Origin: an uncultured Saprospiraceae bacterium
GTDB taxonomy: Bacteria > Bacteroidota > Bacteroidia > Chitinophagales > Saprospiraceae
Direction: 5' to 3'
DNA: 64,000 bases
Assembly: GCA_964645715.1 (NCBI GenBank)
Contig: CAZYAO010000014.1
Span: 6,894 to 70,893, forward strand
Shown in pieces: positions 42,037-51,521 of this stretch. The stretch's first letter is position 1, and each line of letters starts with the position of its first letter. The translations under genes and the position numbers were made by a program. A model generated the notes under the pieces. The model saw only the letters and a program-made list of their open reading frames with translations, had not been told where the DNA came from and ran no database searches.

Positions 42037-42122
42037 ACATCACACTTAGGAAGCGAGGCATTGATAACGCAAAGGCTATAAACGACAAAGAGGCCGGGGT
42101 TTTACAGCAGACGAAGCGCGCA

Positions 42123-43049
42123 TTAATCACGCAAAGGCATCAACTGATAGCCCTCAGCCCGAAGCAATGCAATGAGGCCATCCGCACCGGCGAGGTGGCC
42201 AGCGCCTACGGCAAAAAAGACCGTTTCGCGGCGCATCATTTTGGCCATAGGCTCAATCCAATTGCGGTTGCGATTGGTCAGAAGCACTTGCTGGAAGCCT
42301 TCGATACCCTCCTCTGCTTCCACCAGCTCCTGCAGCTTAATAATATTCTGGTTTTTATAATGTCCTATGAGTACATCCAGCGGATCTTCGTCCTCCTCAT
42401 AGGATCCTCTATCACCGCCGGCGACAGCCTCTACCAACATTTTGGCCTGCACGGCATACGGGATACTATCGAACAAGCTCAGCTGGTAAGCAATAGATTC
42501 GAGGCCTTCGATTTTTTTATTGCTTTCCTGTGCCATGCTGGTGAGCTCCATTTCATAGCTTTTCATTCCATCCATTGCCATTTCGGTGCCATCCCCACCC
42601 ATATCATTGGAAGCGAGTACAGAGAGGAAGATAGGCTTCACCTGCTCCAGCATACTTAGCGGCAGCCCTAGTTCGTCGAAATGATTTTTCACCAGGCGAT
42701 ATTCACCCTCTGTCAGCAGATCCCGCAGGCTGGTATCATTTTTCATGGTCATATTGCCGAGCATGGAAAAGAGCATCATAGGATTGTCCATATTTTCGGT
42801 ATCGATTTCGAAGGTGACCGTAGCGGATGCATTGAAGGCACGTTTCACACTTTCGGGCAGGAAGAAATCCGATGCGGGGATCATGTGGATTGTCCCGAAC
42901 AGATAGCTGGGCTGTCGGAGACTATTACCACTGATTTCCCAGAGCAGGCTATTTTCGGTCGAGGCAGGAGCGAGACTGGGCTGCGCCCAGAGAGAAGTCA
43001 GTAACAGGGAAAAAAGCAGGGATAGTCCTGAAGATTTAGGAAGATTCAT
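42123..43049 (-). CDS. TraB/GumN-family protein, secreted
   Basis: LWEISG followed by SYLFGTIHM, plus a C-terminal AVGAGHLAG. Start taken at ATG 43049, ahead of a signal peptide. The ORF track GTG at 43133 is less likely. Confidence 0.7.
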   Translation of the reverse strand: MNLPKSSGLSLLFSLLLTSLWAQPSLAPASTENSLLWEISGNSLRQPSYLFGTIHMIPASDFFLPESVKRAFNASATVTFEIDTENMDNPMMLFSMLGNMTMKNDTSLRDLLTEGEYRLVKNHFDELGLPLSMLEQVKPIFLSVLASNDMGGDGTEMAMDGMKSYEMELTSMAQESNKKIEGLESIAYQLSLFDSIPYAVQAKMLVEAVAGGDRGSYEEDEDPLDVLIGHYKNQNIIKLQELVEAEEGIEGFQQVLLTNRNRNWIEPMAKMMRRETVFFAVGAGHLAGADGLIALLRAEGYQLMPLRD

Positions 43050-43093
43050 GACTGATAATTTATCGGTTAGCATTAGCACAAATACAAAAAAAA

Positions 43094-43101
43094 CAAAAAT
43101 A
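43094..43101 (-). promoter_or_regulatory. -7 box TAttTTTG upstream of the TraB/GumN gene
   Basis: Exact match on the minus strand, ending 44 nt upstream of ATG 43049. Confidence 0.25.
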
Positions 43102-43252
43102 AGCAAGATGTTATGAATAAACACGCGAGGCACATAAAAGATAAGCCCGTCAGTTACAAACGCGGTATTTTACAAAAAAGTGTCAGAAGAAAGCGTCCCC
43201 CTGGACCCTGAGGCCGGCAAGTGGGCAGCAATTTTATATCTTCGCAACAAAT

Positions 43253-44125
43253 ATGCAGGTTATGGACGAGAAAAGCAAAGGCATACTGGCTACGGTTGTA
43301 GCCGCCCTGTTGTGGAGTACGGGAGGACTTTTCATAAAGCTGCTGCCACAGGATGCTATGACCATATTATTCTACCGTTCGCTGTACGCGGCCATTCTGT
43401 TTGGCATCGTATATCGGCGGGAGCTCCTGCACATGAACCGGCAGATGTGGCTCAACAGCTTTTTTTATGCATTTCTGCTCATCACCTTTGTCGTTTCCAC
43501 CAAGCTTACGACGGCCGCCAACGCCATTTTCCTGCAATATACCGGTACAGCCTACATACTGCTGCTTGAGCCCTGGCTGCTAAAGACCGAGCGGAAGCTC
43601 GTAGACATAGTAACCACCATTGTCTGCTTTGCCGGCATGGGTTTATTTTTTCTTGACGACTTTGACGCCAGCGGCGGCATGGGCATGGCGTTGGCAGCTA
43701 TCTCGGGGCTTCTGCTGGCAGCCCTGTTTCTGGGCCAGCGGCTCAACGCCCCGCGCTACCATGTAGCCAGCATTTTTTGGGGAAACCTGTGGGTCATGCT
43801 GGCGGGGGTCCCCTTTTGGTGGGCTTCGCCACCTGCTACCGGCGAGGAGCACCTGATGCTGGGCTTTCTAGGGTTTGTGCAGATTGGCATGGGTTATTTA
43901 CTGTTTACCTATGGCCTGCAGCGCATATTGGCTGTGGAGAGTGTACTTATCAGCATGCTGGAGCCCGTGCTCAACCCCGTATGGGTCATTATCGGCTACG
44001 GCGAATGGCCTGCACCAATGGCCATTGCGGGCGGACTCATTGTACTCATCGCACTAGCAGCCCGTATACTCATACTGGAGTACCAGCGGCGGCAGGAAAA
44101 AAGCCAGCTTGTGGAAAACAGCTGA
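43253..44125 (+). CDS. EamA/DMT-family transporter
   Basis: 290-aa protein with about 10 transmembrane helices in two similar halves, typical of the EamA family. Confidence 0.75.
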   Translation: MQVMDEKSKGILATVVAALLWSTGGLFIKLLPQDAMTILFYRSLYAAILFGIVYRRELLHMNRQMWLNSFFYAFLLITFVVSTKLTTAANAIFLQYTGTAYILLLEPWLLKTERKLVDIVTTIVCFAGMGLFFLDDFDASGGMGMALAAISGLLLAALFLGQRLNAPRYHVASIFWGNLWVMLAGVPFWWASPPATGEEHLMLGFLGFVQIGMGYLLFTYGLQRILAVESVLISMLEPVLNPVWVIIGYGEWPAPMAIAGGLIVLIALAARILILEYQRRQEKSQLVENS

Positions 44126-44176
44126 CGGGATTTGTAAAAAAACCTTATCTTTATCCGTAATAAAAACCACCTGATC

Positions 44177-45745
44177 ATGCCGTTAAAAATCCCGCACATC
44201 CCTGCGGTGCAAGATGTTGCAAGCCGGTTGATCAAGCGCAGTATTGTGCTGGTACAAAAAATAGACCAGCCCCGGTTGTCGGCGGCTGCGCAGCAGCGAC
44301 AGGTGCTCAAGTTGCTGCTGCGCAGATCGGCGGCTACCGCCATCGGCAAGCATTATCAGTTTGGGCGGCTGCAGAAAGCAAAGAATCTGTTTGAGGCATA
44401 CCAGCAGCAACTACCAATACACGACTACGATTTGATTTTCAACCAGTGGTGGCACCGTTGTCTGGAGGGTGAAGCGGATGTATGCTGGCCGGGCACTGTC
44501 AGGCACTTTGCGCTCAGTTCGGGCACAGCAGGTGCTGCCAGCAAGTACATTCCCGTGACCTTTGCCATGACCCGGGCCATGCGGCATGCGGCGCTGCGCA
44601 TGTTTGCCTGCCTGCCCAAATACAACCTGCCCGATAGTTTTTTTGGCAAAGACTGGCTGATGATTGGCGGCAGCGCCAGCCTGCAGCAGCTGCCTACGGG
44701 CGCTTATGCGGGCGACCTTAGCGGCATCAATGCTGGTCGGCCGCCGGTATGGGTAAGGCGGTACTACAAGCCAGGCATAGCCGTTGCGCGACTGCCCAAC
44801 TGGGATCAGCGGGTAAAGGCCATTGTACAGCAGGCTCATAAGTGGGATATAGCTGCCATGATGGGCATTCCGTCCTGGGTACAGCTCACACTGGAGCACA
44901 TCATAGCCCACCATAAGCTCAGCAACATCCACGAGTTGTGGCCCAACCTGCAAGTTTTTGCCACCGGAGGTGTAGCCTTCGAGCCCTACCGGAAAAGCTT
45001 TGAGCAACTGCTGCGCGAGCCGCTCCTCTACATGGATTCCTACCTTGCCTCTGAAGGCTTCGTTGCCTTTCAGTCGCGGCCCGGCACCCATGCCATGAAA
45101 ATGGTGCTCGACAACGGAATTTTTTACGAGTTCATTCCTTTCAACGACGACAATTTCGATGAAGAGGGCATGCCGAAACCAAGTGCAATGACACTCACCA
45201 TTGACGAAGTAGAAGCCGGCATTGACTATGCCCTGTTGCTCAGCAGCTGTGCAGGCGCCTGGCGCTACCTGATTGGCGATACGGTGCGCTTCACTGACCC
45301 TGCGCAGCAGGAAATCATCATTAGCGGTCGCACCAAACATTTTTTGAGTATGTGTGGTGAGCACCTAAGTGTTGACAACATGAACAAGGCCATTATGCAG
45401 GTCGAGCAGCGGTTGAATATGGCCATTCCGGAATACACCGTAGGCGGCATCAAAGCCGGCGGGCACTTTGGCCACCATTGGTACGTAGGCTGCCGGCAGC
45501 CTCCTGCCAATGCGCAGCTTTTTCTTCAACTGCTGGATGAGGCGCTCATGCAAGTCAATGACGATTATAAGGCGGAGCGCTCTGCCATGCTCGATGCACC
45601 CAAGGTGAGTTTTCTGCCTGTACACGTCTTTAACGACTGGCAGCGGGAACGCGGGCGCCTCAACGGGCAGAGTAAGATTCCACGGGTAATGAAGGGCGGC
45701 CAGCTGGCTGGCTGGCAGCATTTTTTGGAAGAAAAAAATATATAA
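44177..45745 (+). CDS. GH3-family (auxin-responsive-promoter-like, acyl-adenylate-forming) protein
   Basis: 522 aa. It has an SSGTAGAASKYIP motif and the overall layout of bacterial GH3 homologues. Confidence 0.7.
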   Translation: MPLKIPHIPAVQDVASRLIKRSIVLVQKIDQPRLSAAAQQRQVLKLLLRRSAATAIGKHYQFGRLQKAKNLFEAYQQQLPIHDYDLIFNQWWHRCLEGEADVCWPGTVRHFALSSGTAGAASKYIPVTFAMTRAMRHAALRMFACLPKYNLPDSFFGKDWLMIGGSASLQQLPTGAYAGDLSGINAGRPPVWVRRYYKPGIAVARLPNWDQRVKAIVQQAHKWDIAAMMGIPSWVQLTLEHIIAHHKLSNIHELWPNLQVFATGGVAFEPYRKSFEQLLREPLLYMDSYLASEGFVAFQSRPGTHAMKMVLDNGIFYEFIPFNDDNFDEEGMPKPSAMTLTIDEVEAGIDYALLLSSCAGAWRYLIGDTVRFTDPAQQEIIISGRTKHFLSMCGEHLSVDNMNKAIMQVEQRLNMAIPEYTVGGIKAGGHFGHHWYVGCRQPPANAQLFLQLLDEALMQVNDDYKAERSAMLDAPKVSFLPVHVFNDWQRERGRLNGQSKIPRVMKGGQLAGWQHFLEEKNI

Positions 45746-45777
45746 CCCTTTTGCTGGCTGCGCCAGCGAGTTGTGTA

Positions 45778-46593
45778 ATGAACAAACAGAGACGTATGCG
45801 CAAATTCTGGCAGGTAGCGGTAGCCATGTTGCTGGCCGTTTCGGCAACGCTGTCCAATAAGCTGTGGGCTCAACAGAGCTCCCCCTACCAAAAACGTGTT
45901 TTTGTCAGTGCGGGTGACAGCCTGCCCTATCGCATCCTGTACCCTGCGGACTACCCTAAAGGGGGGCCTTACCCGCTGGTATTATTTTTGCACGGAGCCG
46001 GGGAACGCGGCCAGGATAACGAGGCCCAGCTGACCCATGGTGCCCGCTTGTTTGCCGACACCCTGGTCAGGCGTCAATTTCCGGCTATCGTAGTATTCCC
46101 GCAGTGTGCTGCTGATGACTATTGGGCGAGAATTGAATCCAAGCAAGTCGATGGTGAGCGGCAGCTCAGCTTTCCGTTTCATGAGGAGCCCGGTCCTTCT
46201 CTGGGCATGGCCATGCAGTTGCTGGACAAGCTGCTGGCCGACGAGCCCATAGACAGCGGCCGCCTTTACCTTGGCGGTCTTTCCATGGGAGCCATGGGCA
46301 GCTTTGAACTGCTGGCACGCCAGCCAAAGCTCTTTGCAGCCGCTTTTCCTATCTGTGGTGGCGGCAATCCCGCTCTCAGTCCCCTATATGCCCCCTATAC
46401 GCCCCTATGGATTTTCCACGGATCCGATGATAAGGTTGTCTTCCCCGAACTGTCTCGCCGGATGGTCAATGCCATTCGAGACCATGATATACCCGTGATC
46501 TACACAGAATACCCAGGTGTTGGCCACAATAGCTGGGACAATGCTTTTGCGGAGCCGCTCCTCCTGCCCTGGCTTTTTTCACATAAAAAATAA
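45778..46593 (+). CDS. Secreted alpha/beta hydrolase (phospholipase/carboxylesterase-type esterase)
   Basis: Signal peptide, then LHGAGERG, GxSxG (GLSMGA), HGSDD and GVGHNSW. Start taken at ATG 45778. Confidence 0.68.
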   Translation: MNKQRRMRKFWQVAVAMLLAVSATLSNKLWAQQSSPYQKRVFVSAGDSLPYRILYPADYPKGGPYPLVLFLHGAGERGQDNEAQLTHGARLFADTLVRRQFPAIVVFPQCAADDYWARIESKQVDGERQLSFPFHEEPGPSLGMAMQLLDKLLADEPIDSGRLYLGGLSMGAMGSFELLARQPKLFAAAFPICGGGNPALSPLYAPYTPLWIFHGSDDKVVFPELSRRMVNAIRDHDIPVIYTEYPGVGHNSWDNAFAEPLLLPWLFSHKK

Positions 46594-46713
46594 AAGCCGC
46601 GGCAGGCCTGTGCAACGGCCGGCGCGCAGCGGCAGGCAGTGGAGGCCAGCGACCACTTCAAAAACGGGGCGTAACCGAAAAGCCATACGAGTAGGACGAT
46701 AAATTCATGTATT

Positions 46714-47124
46714 ATGGGACATTACAAAATCGAAGAGATTGAGGGCATAGGCCCTGTGTATGGAGAAAAGCTCCGCACGGAGGGTATCAGCAATACGGAG
46801 CAACTGCTCGAGCAGACGCGTACGCCGGCCCTGCGCAAGCAGCTGGCCGAAAAGACCGGCCTATCTGATAAGCTGGTGCTGGATTTTGCCAACAAAGCGG
46901 ATTTGCTGCGCGTCAAGGGTGTCGGGTCTGAGTTTTCTGATCTGCTGGAGGCTGCGGGCGTGGATACGGTCGCCGAACTTGCCCGTCGCAATGCAGACAA
47001 CCTCTGCCAGAAGATGGCGGAAGTCAACGAGGAGAAACAATTGTGCCGGCGGGCGCCCAACCATACGGAAGTCAGCGCCTGGATTGAGTACGCTAAGGAG
47101 CTCCCGCGCGTATTGGAATACTAA
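46714..47124 (+). CDS. DUF4332-like helix-hairpin-helix protein
   Basis: 136 aa with two HhH-like units (IEGIGPVYGEKL and VKGVGSEFSDLL). A strong terminator follows. Confidence 0.65.
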   Translation: MGHYKIEEIEGIGPVYGEKLRTEGISNTEQLLEQTRTPALRKQLAEKTGLSDKLVLDFANKADLLRVKGVGSEFSDLLEAAGVDTVAELARRNADNLCQKMAEVNEEKQLCRRAPNHTEVSAWIEYAKELPRVLEY

Positions 47125-47148
47125 CTGTGAGAGGTGCGGCGCTACAGT

Positions 47149-47190
47149 GTGTGCAGCGAGCTGTGAAGGCTCGCTGCACACGGATTTTTA
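47149..47190 (+). terminator. Intrinsic terminator after the DUF4332 gene
   Basis: gtgtgcagcgagc-tgtgaag-gctcgctgcacac, followed by ggattttta. Confidence 0.7.
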
Positions 47191-47227
47191 TGCTGCCAAT
47201 TATGCAGACAATACAGGCTGACAATTT

Positions 47228-47235
47228 TATCTTTG
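47228..47235 (+). promoter_or_regulatory. -7 box TAtcTTTG immediately upstream of mfd
   Basis: Exact match ending 4 nt before the GTG at 47240. Confidence 0.25.
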
Positions 47236-47239
47236 CGCC

Positions 47240-50200
47240 GTGAATCCGCTACACGCATTACTCAGACGCTACACCGACGAAGACTCGAGAAGCAGGCGCA
47301 TTGTACAGCTTTTGGCTGGTCAGCCTGCGGCTCGCATACAGCTGACCGGGTTGACCGGTGCGCTGCCCGCCTTCGCTATCGCTGCCGTCCAGGCTCAGGG
47401 CAGTCGCAGCCAGCTCATTGTTGCTGCCAACAAAGAAGAAGCAGCCTACTTGCACAATAGCCTTGCAGGCCTGACAGGCGACCGTTCGCCTCATTTTTTT
47501 CCAGACTCCTTCAAACGGCCTCTCTATTTTGACCAGCTCGATACCGCCAATGTACTTCAGCGCACAGAGACAGTCAACCAGATTACCCAGCCACAGCGCG
47601 AGGGGCATCTGATTGTCACCTATCCGGAAGCGCTGCTCGAACAGGTTGTATCCCCCGAAGTACTCGACAAGAGCCGCATCAGCATCTTGCAGGGTGAATC
47701 ACTGGATGTCGACACCCTCATCAGTTTTCTGAATGAATATGGGTTTCGGCGCGAGGATTTTGTGTACGAGCCGGGGCAGTACAGCATACGCGGCGGCATT
47801 GTCGACGTGTTTTCCTACGGCAATGAATATCCCTATCGCATAGAACTTTTCGATGACGAGGTTGAGAGCATACGGACTTTTGACCCTATGACCCAGCTAT
47901 CCGTCGCGGGCATCAGCCGGATTTCTCTGGTTCCCAACATCAATACACGTTTTAAGAGGCATCAGAAAGTCTCCCTTTTCAGCATATTGCCCGCACAGAC
48001 GGCTATCTGGGTCAGTGATTATGATCAGCTGATTGACAGGCTACTGCACTGCTTTGAACAAGCCAGCGACTATGCGGACAGCATTACCATACTGGACGAA
48101 GATGAGCGGGCAGAAGTTTTTCGCGACCGCGCCTTTGTTCGTCCCGGAGAGACGGCAGCAGATTTAAAAAACCTGCCTGTGATTGTGTTTGGCGAACAAC
48201 GACAGGCGAGCTTAGCACCGGTAGAAATCATTGCTTTTCACAGCAAGCCCCAACCTCCCTTCAGAAAGCAGTTTGAGCTCATCATCAAGCACCTGCAGGA
48301 AAATACCCAGGCGGGCATAGCCAACTACCTTTTTTCCGACAACCCCAAGCAGCTGGAGCGGCTGGACGCCATTTTCCACGACCTGGAAGCCCACATCAGC
48401 TACCAGCCAGTGCTGCAGGCCATCCATGAAGGATTCCTCGACCAGGATCTGAAAATTGCCTGTTATACGGACCATCAGCTCTTTGAGCGTTTCCACCGAT
48501 ACAAGCTCAAGCGCGGATTTACTGCCGACCAGGCGATCAACCTGCGCATGCTCCGTGAGCTGCAGCCCGGAGATTTTGTGGTGCACATTGACCACGGTAT
48601 TGGCAGGTTTAGCGGCCTGGAAAAAATCAACGTCAACGGACAGGTACAGGAATCCGTCAGAATTGTATACAAGAACAATGACCTGCTCTATGTGAGCATC
48701 AACGCTTTACACAAGCTGTCAAAATACAGCGGCAAAGAAGGCGAACCACCTGTACTCGACAAAATTGGTGGGGATGCCTGGCGCAACCTCAAAGCGAAGG
48801 CCAAGAAGAAAGTCAAGGATATCGCCGCCGAGCTTATCAAGCTATATGCGCTGCGAAAGTCCAGCCAGGGGCACGCCTTTCCGCCCGACAATTACCTACA
48901 GATGGAACTGGAATCCAGTTTCATTTACGAAGATACCCCTGACCAACTCAAGGCCACCCTGGATGTAAAAGCCGACATGGAGAAGCCCTACCCCATGGAC
49001 AGGCTCATCTGCGGCGATGTAGGCTTTGGCAAAACGGAAGTGGCCATCCGGGCGGCTTACAAGGCCATTTTGGGAGGCAAGCAAGTGGCTGTGCTGGTAC
49101 CTACGACCATTCTGGCGCTACAGCATTACAGAACCTTCGGCGAGCGGCTCAGCCCTTTTGGTGCCTCTATCGATTACCTCAACCGCTTCCGCACAGCTGC
49201 CGAAAAGAAGCAGGTAATTGCTAAGCTGGAAGATGGTCAGGTAGACGTTGTCATAGGCACCCATGCCTTGTTGGGGAAAGAGATTAAATTCAAGGACCTT
49301 GGTCTGTTGGTTATTGATGAAGAGCAAAAATTTGGAGTAGCTGCCAAAGAAAAGCTTCGCAACCTCAAAGTCAACGTAGATACCCTGACCCTGACTGCCA
49401 CGCCCATACCCCGCACCCTGCAATTCAGCCTGATGGCTGCCAGAGACCTGTCGGTAATCCGCACCCCGCCGCCCAACCGGCAGCCCATCCATACGGAAGT
49501 GCGTATGCCCAATGACGCCCTCATTCGGGATGCAATTTATTTTGAAATCAACCGCGGGGGGCAGGTATTTTTTGTCCACAACCGGGTTAAAGACCTGGCC
49601 GACAAGCTTGCGCACATTCGGCGACTGTGCCCAGACATACACATTGCCATGGCGCACGGGCAGATGCCCGCGGATGAACTTGAGCGAGTACTGGTTGATT
49701 TTATTGAACGCCGCTACGACTTGCTGCTGTGCACCAACATTATAGAGACGGGACTTGACATACCCAATGCCAACACCATGATTATAGACGAAGCCCATAA
49801 CTTTGGCATCTCGGATCTCCATCAATTGCGCGGACGGGTAGGACGCAGCAATCGCAAGGCCTTCTGCTACCTGATTACCAAACCCTTGTCGGTACTCACG
49901 CCCGAAGCCCGCAAACGCCTGCGCACGCTGGAAGAATACACCGATTTGGGCAGTGGATTTGATATAGCCATGCGCGATCTGGACATAAGAGGAGCCGGCA
50001 ACATGCTGGGAGCCGAACAAAGTGGTTTCATTGCAGATATTGGCTACGAGACTTTCCAGCGAATACTCGAAGAAGCCGTATATGAGCTCAAGCACAACGA
50101 GTTTAAAGATACCTTTCAGGAAGAGATTAGTCGGGAACGCGTATTCGTACGCGACGTGCAGATAGATACTGATGTTGAGATGCTCATCCCGGATGAGTAT

Positions 50201-50623
50201 GTATCCAACGTTCAGGAGAGGCTTAGCCTGTATACAGCTCTGGACGCGCTCCCGGATGAAGGAACGTTGCAGCAATTTGAGCAATCGCTGCGCGACCGGT
50301 TTGGACGTATACCGCCACAGGTTCGGGAACTTTTTGACGGCGTACGCCTTCGTTGGGTATGTAAAGAACTTGGTTTTGAGCGCATTGTACTCAGAGAGCG
50401 CAAATTGCGCTGCTACTTTGTTGAAAATCCACAAAGTCCTTACTACGAGACAGCGCAATTCCAGCAACTCATACAATTCATCAACAGCCAGGGCAAGTTG
50501 AGAGGCCTGTCACTCAAGCAGGCAGCGCGCTTCCTCATTATGAGCAAAGAAGGCGTGAGAAGTCTGCATGCAGCCAATGAGTTGCTGCAGGAAATTCGCA
50601 GCCAGCTCAGTGAGCCGGCATAA
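47240..50623 (+). CDS. mfd: Transcription-repair coupling factor
   Basis: 1127 aa. It has an RNAP-interaction segment (GDFVVHIDHGIG), helicase motifs (GDVGFGKTEVA and VIDEEQKFG) and a TRG-motif region. The apparent start is GTG. Confidence 0.95.
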   Translation: MNPLHALLRRYTDEDSRSRRIVQLLAGQPAARIQLTGLTGALPAFAIAAVQAQGSRSQLIVAANKEEAAYLHNSLAGLTGDRSPHFFPDSFKRPLYFDQLDTANVLQRTETVNQITQPQREGHLIVTYPEALLEQVVSPEVLDKSRISILQGESLDVDTLISFLNEYGFRREDFVYEPGQYSIRGGIVDVFSYGNEYPYRIELFDDEVESIRTFDPMTQLSVAGISRISLVPNINTRFKRHQKVSLFSILPAQTAIWVSDYDQLIDRLLHCFEQASDYADSITILDEDERAEVFRDRAFVRPGETAADLKNLPVIVFGEQRQASLAPVEIIAFHSKPQPPFRKQFELIIKHLQENTQAGIANYLFSDNPKQLERLDAIFHDLEAHISYQPVLQAIHEGFLDQDLKIACYTDHQLFERFHRYKLKRGFTADQAINLRMLRELQPGDFVVHIDHGIGRFSGLEKINVNGQVQESVRIVYKNNDLLYVSINALHKLSKYSGKEGEPPVLDKIGGDAWRNLKAKAKKKVKDIAAELIKLYALRKSSQGHAFPPDNYLQMELESSFIYEDTPDQLKATLDVKADMEKPYPMDRLICGDVGFGKTEVAIRAAYKAILGGKQVAVLVPTTILALQHYRTFGERLSPFGASIDYLNRFRTAAEKKQVIAKLEDGQVDVVIGTHALLGKEIKFKDLGLLVIDEEQKFGVAAKEKLRNLKVNVDTLTLTATPIPRTLQFSLMAARDLSVIRTPPPNRQPIHTEVRMPNDALIRDAIYFEINRGGQVFFVHNRVKDLADKLAHIRRLCPDIHIAMAHGQMPADELERVLVDFIERRYDLLLCTNIIETGLDIPNANTMIIDEAHNFGISDLHQLRGRVGRSNRKAFCYLITKPLSVLTPEARKRLRTLEEYTDLGSGFDIAMRDLDIRGAGNMLGAEQSGFIADIGYETFQRILEEAVYELKHNEFKDTFQEEISRERVFVRDVQIDTDVEMLIPDEYVSNVQERLSLYTALDALPDEGTLQQFEQSLRDRFGRIPPQVRELFDGVRLRWVCKELGFERIVLRERKLRCYFVENPQSPYYETAQFQQLIQFINSQGKLRGLSLKQAARFLIMSKEGVRSLHAANELLQEIRSQLSEPA

Positions 50624-50644
50624 ATCAGAACAATACTTACGAGC

Positions 50645-51304
50645 ATGATAAAAGCATTTATTTTTGACCTCGACGGCGTAATTGTTGATACTGCCCGCTA
50701 CCACTACCTCGCCTGGCGGCGGCTTGCCAATGAGCTGGGATTTGATTTCACTGAAGAGCGCAATGAATTGCTCAAAGGAGTGGGGCGCATGGAATCGCTG
50801 GAGCTCATCCTGCACTGGGGCAATGTACAAGGGCTGTCTGCGGAAGAAAAGGAAGCACTGGCGGACAAGAAAAACGGCTGGTACCAGACCTATGTGCGCG
50901 ACATGGATGCCAGTGAGATTCTTCCGGGCGTGATTGATTTTTTGGAAAAAGCCCGTACCATGGGTATTTTATTAGCCATTGGTTCAGGCAGTAAAAATGC
51001 ACGCGCCATTATTGCCCAGACCGGGCTGGCTCCCTATTTTTCGGCGCTCGTTGACGGCAGTGAGCTTTCGCGCTCAAAACCTGACCCCGAAGTTTTTCTG
51101 CTGGCCGCCCATGCGCTGGGAGAATCACCGGCCAGCTGTGTGGTTTTTGAAGACGCAGCCAAGGGCATTGATGCAGCACTCAGTGGTGGTTTTTATGCGG
51201 TAGGCGTCGGAGAGCCTGCAGCGCTGGGGCATGCACAGTTGGTAATCAGCAATTTTGCCGGTCTCGACCCGGCAGTTTTGATTCAACGACTGGCGCAATC
51301 GTGA
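50645..51304 (+). CDS. pgmB: Beta-phosphoglucomutase
   Basis: HAD motif I FDLDGVIVDT and the context LLKGVGRMESL, followed by GSGSKNA. It sits next to a GH65 phosphorylase. Confidence 0.88.
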   Translation: MIKAFIFDLDGVIVDTARYHYLAWRRLANELGFDFTEERNELLKGVGRMESLELILHWGNVQGLSAEEKEALADKKNGWYQTYVRDMDASEILPGVIDFLEKARTMGILLAIGSGSKNARAIIAQTGLAPYFSALVDGSELSRSKPDPEVFLLAAHALGESPASCVVFEDAAKGIDAALSGGFYAVGVGEPAALGHAQLVISNFAGLDPAVLIQRLAQS

Positions 51305-51480
51305 GCCTTCGACCGACACCCTGGCAGCGGGGAAGCAGTAATCAACAAATAAGCACAACCCAAAGTACAGCAAACCTGCATGCAGGAAATCCCTCACTAA
51401 ATAAGCATAACAAAGGCCTTTGAAAGCAGAAAAAAAACGAAATCACGCAGCCAGCGACCACCAATTCCTCTGCGAATCGT

Positions 51481-51488
51481 TAACTTTG
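51481..51488 (+). promoter_or_regulatory. -7 box TAacTTTG upstream of the GH65 phosphorylase
   Basis: Exact match ending 33 nt upstream of ATG 51522. Confidence 0.25.
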
Positions 51489-51521
51489 AAAGATTTCATC
51501 ATCTAACAACAACCAGACACG

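Noticed and set aside
43180-43569. 129-aa plus-strand ORF overlapping the start of the EamA gene in another frame
   Set aside because: The EamA frame gives a coherent 10-helix membrane protein. The alternative frame shows no such features.
44411-45364. 317-aa minus-strand ORF, with shorter ones nearby, antisense to the GH3-family gene
   Set aside because: It lies entirely inside a well-supported plus-strand CDS in GC-rich DNA. The translation is low-complexity and matches no family. It is a typical shadow ORF.
49118-50476. 452-aa minus-strand ORF antisense to mfd
   Set aside because: mfd is unambiguous on the plus strand, with helicase and TRG motifs. The antisense product has no recognisable motifs, signal or start context.
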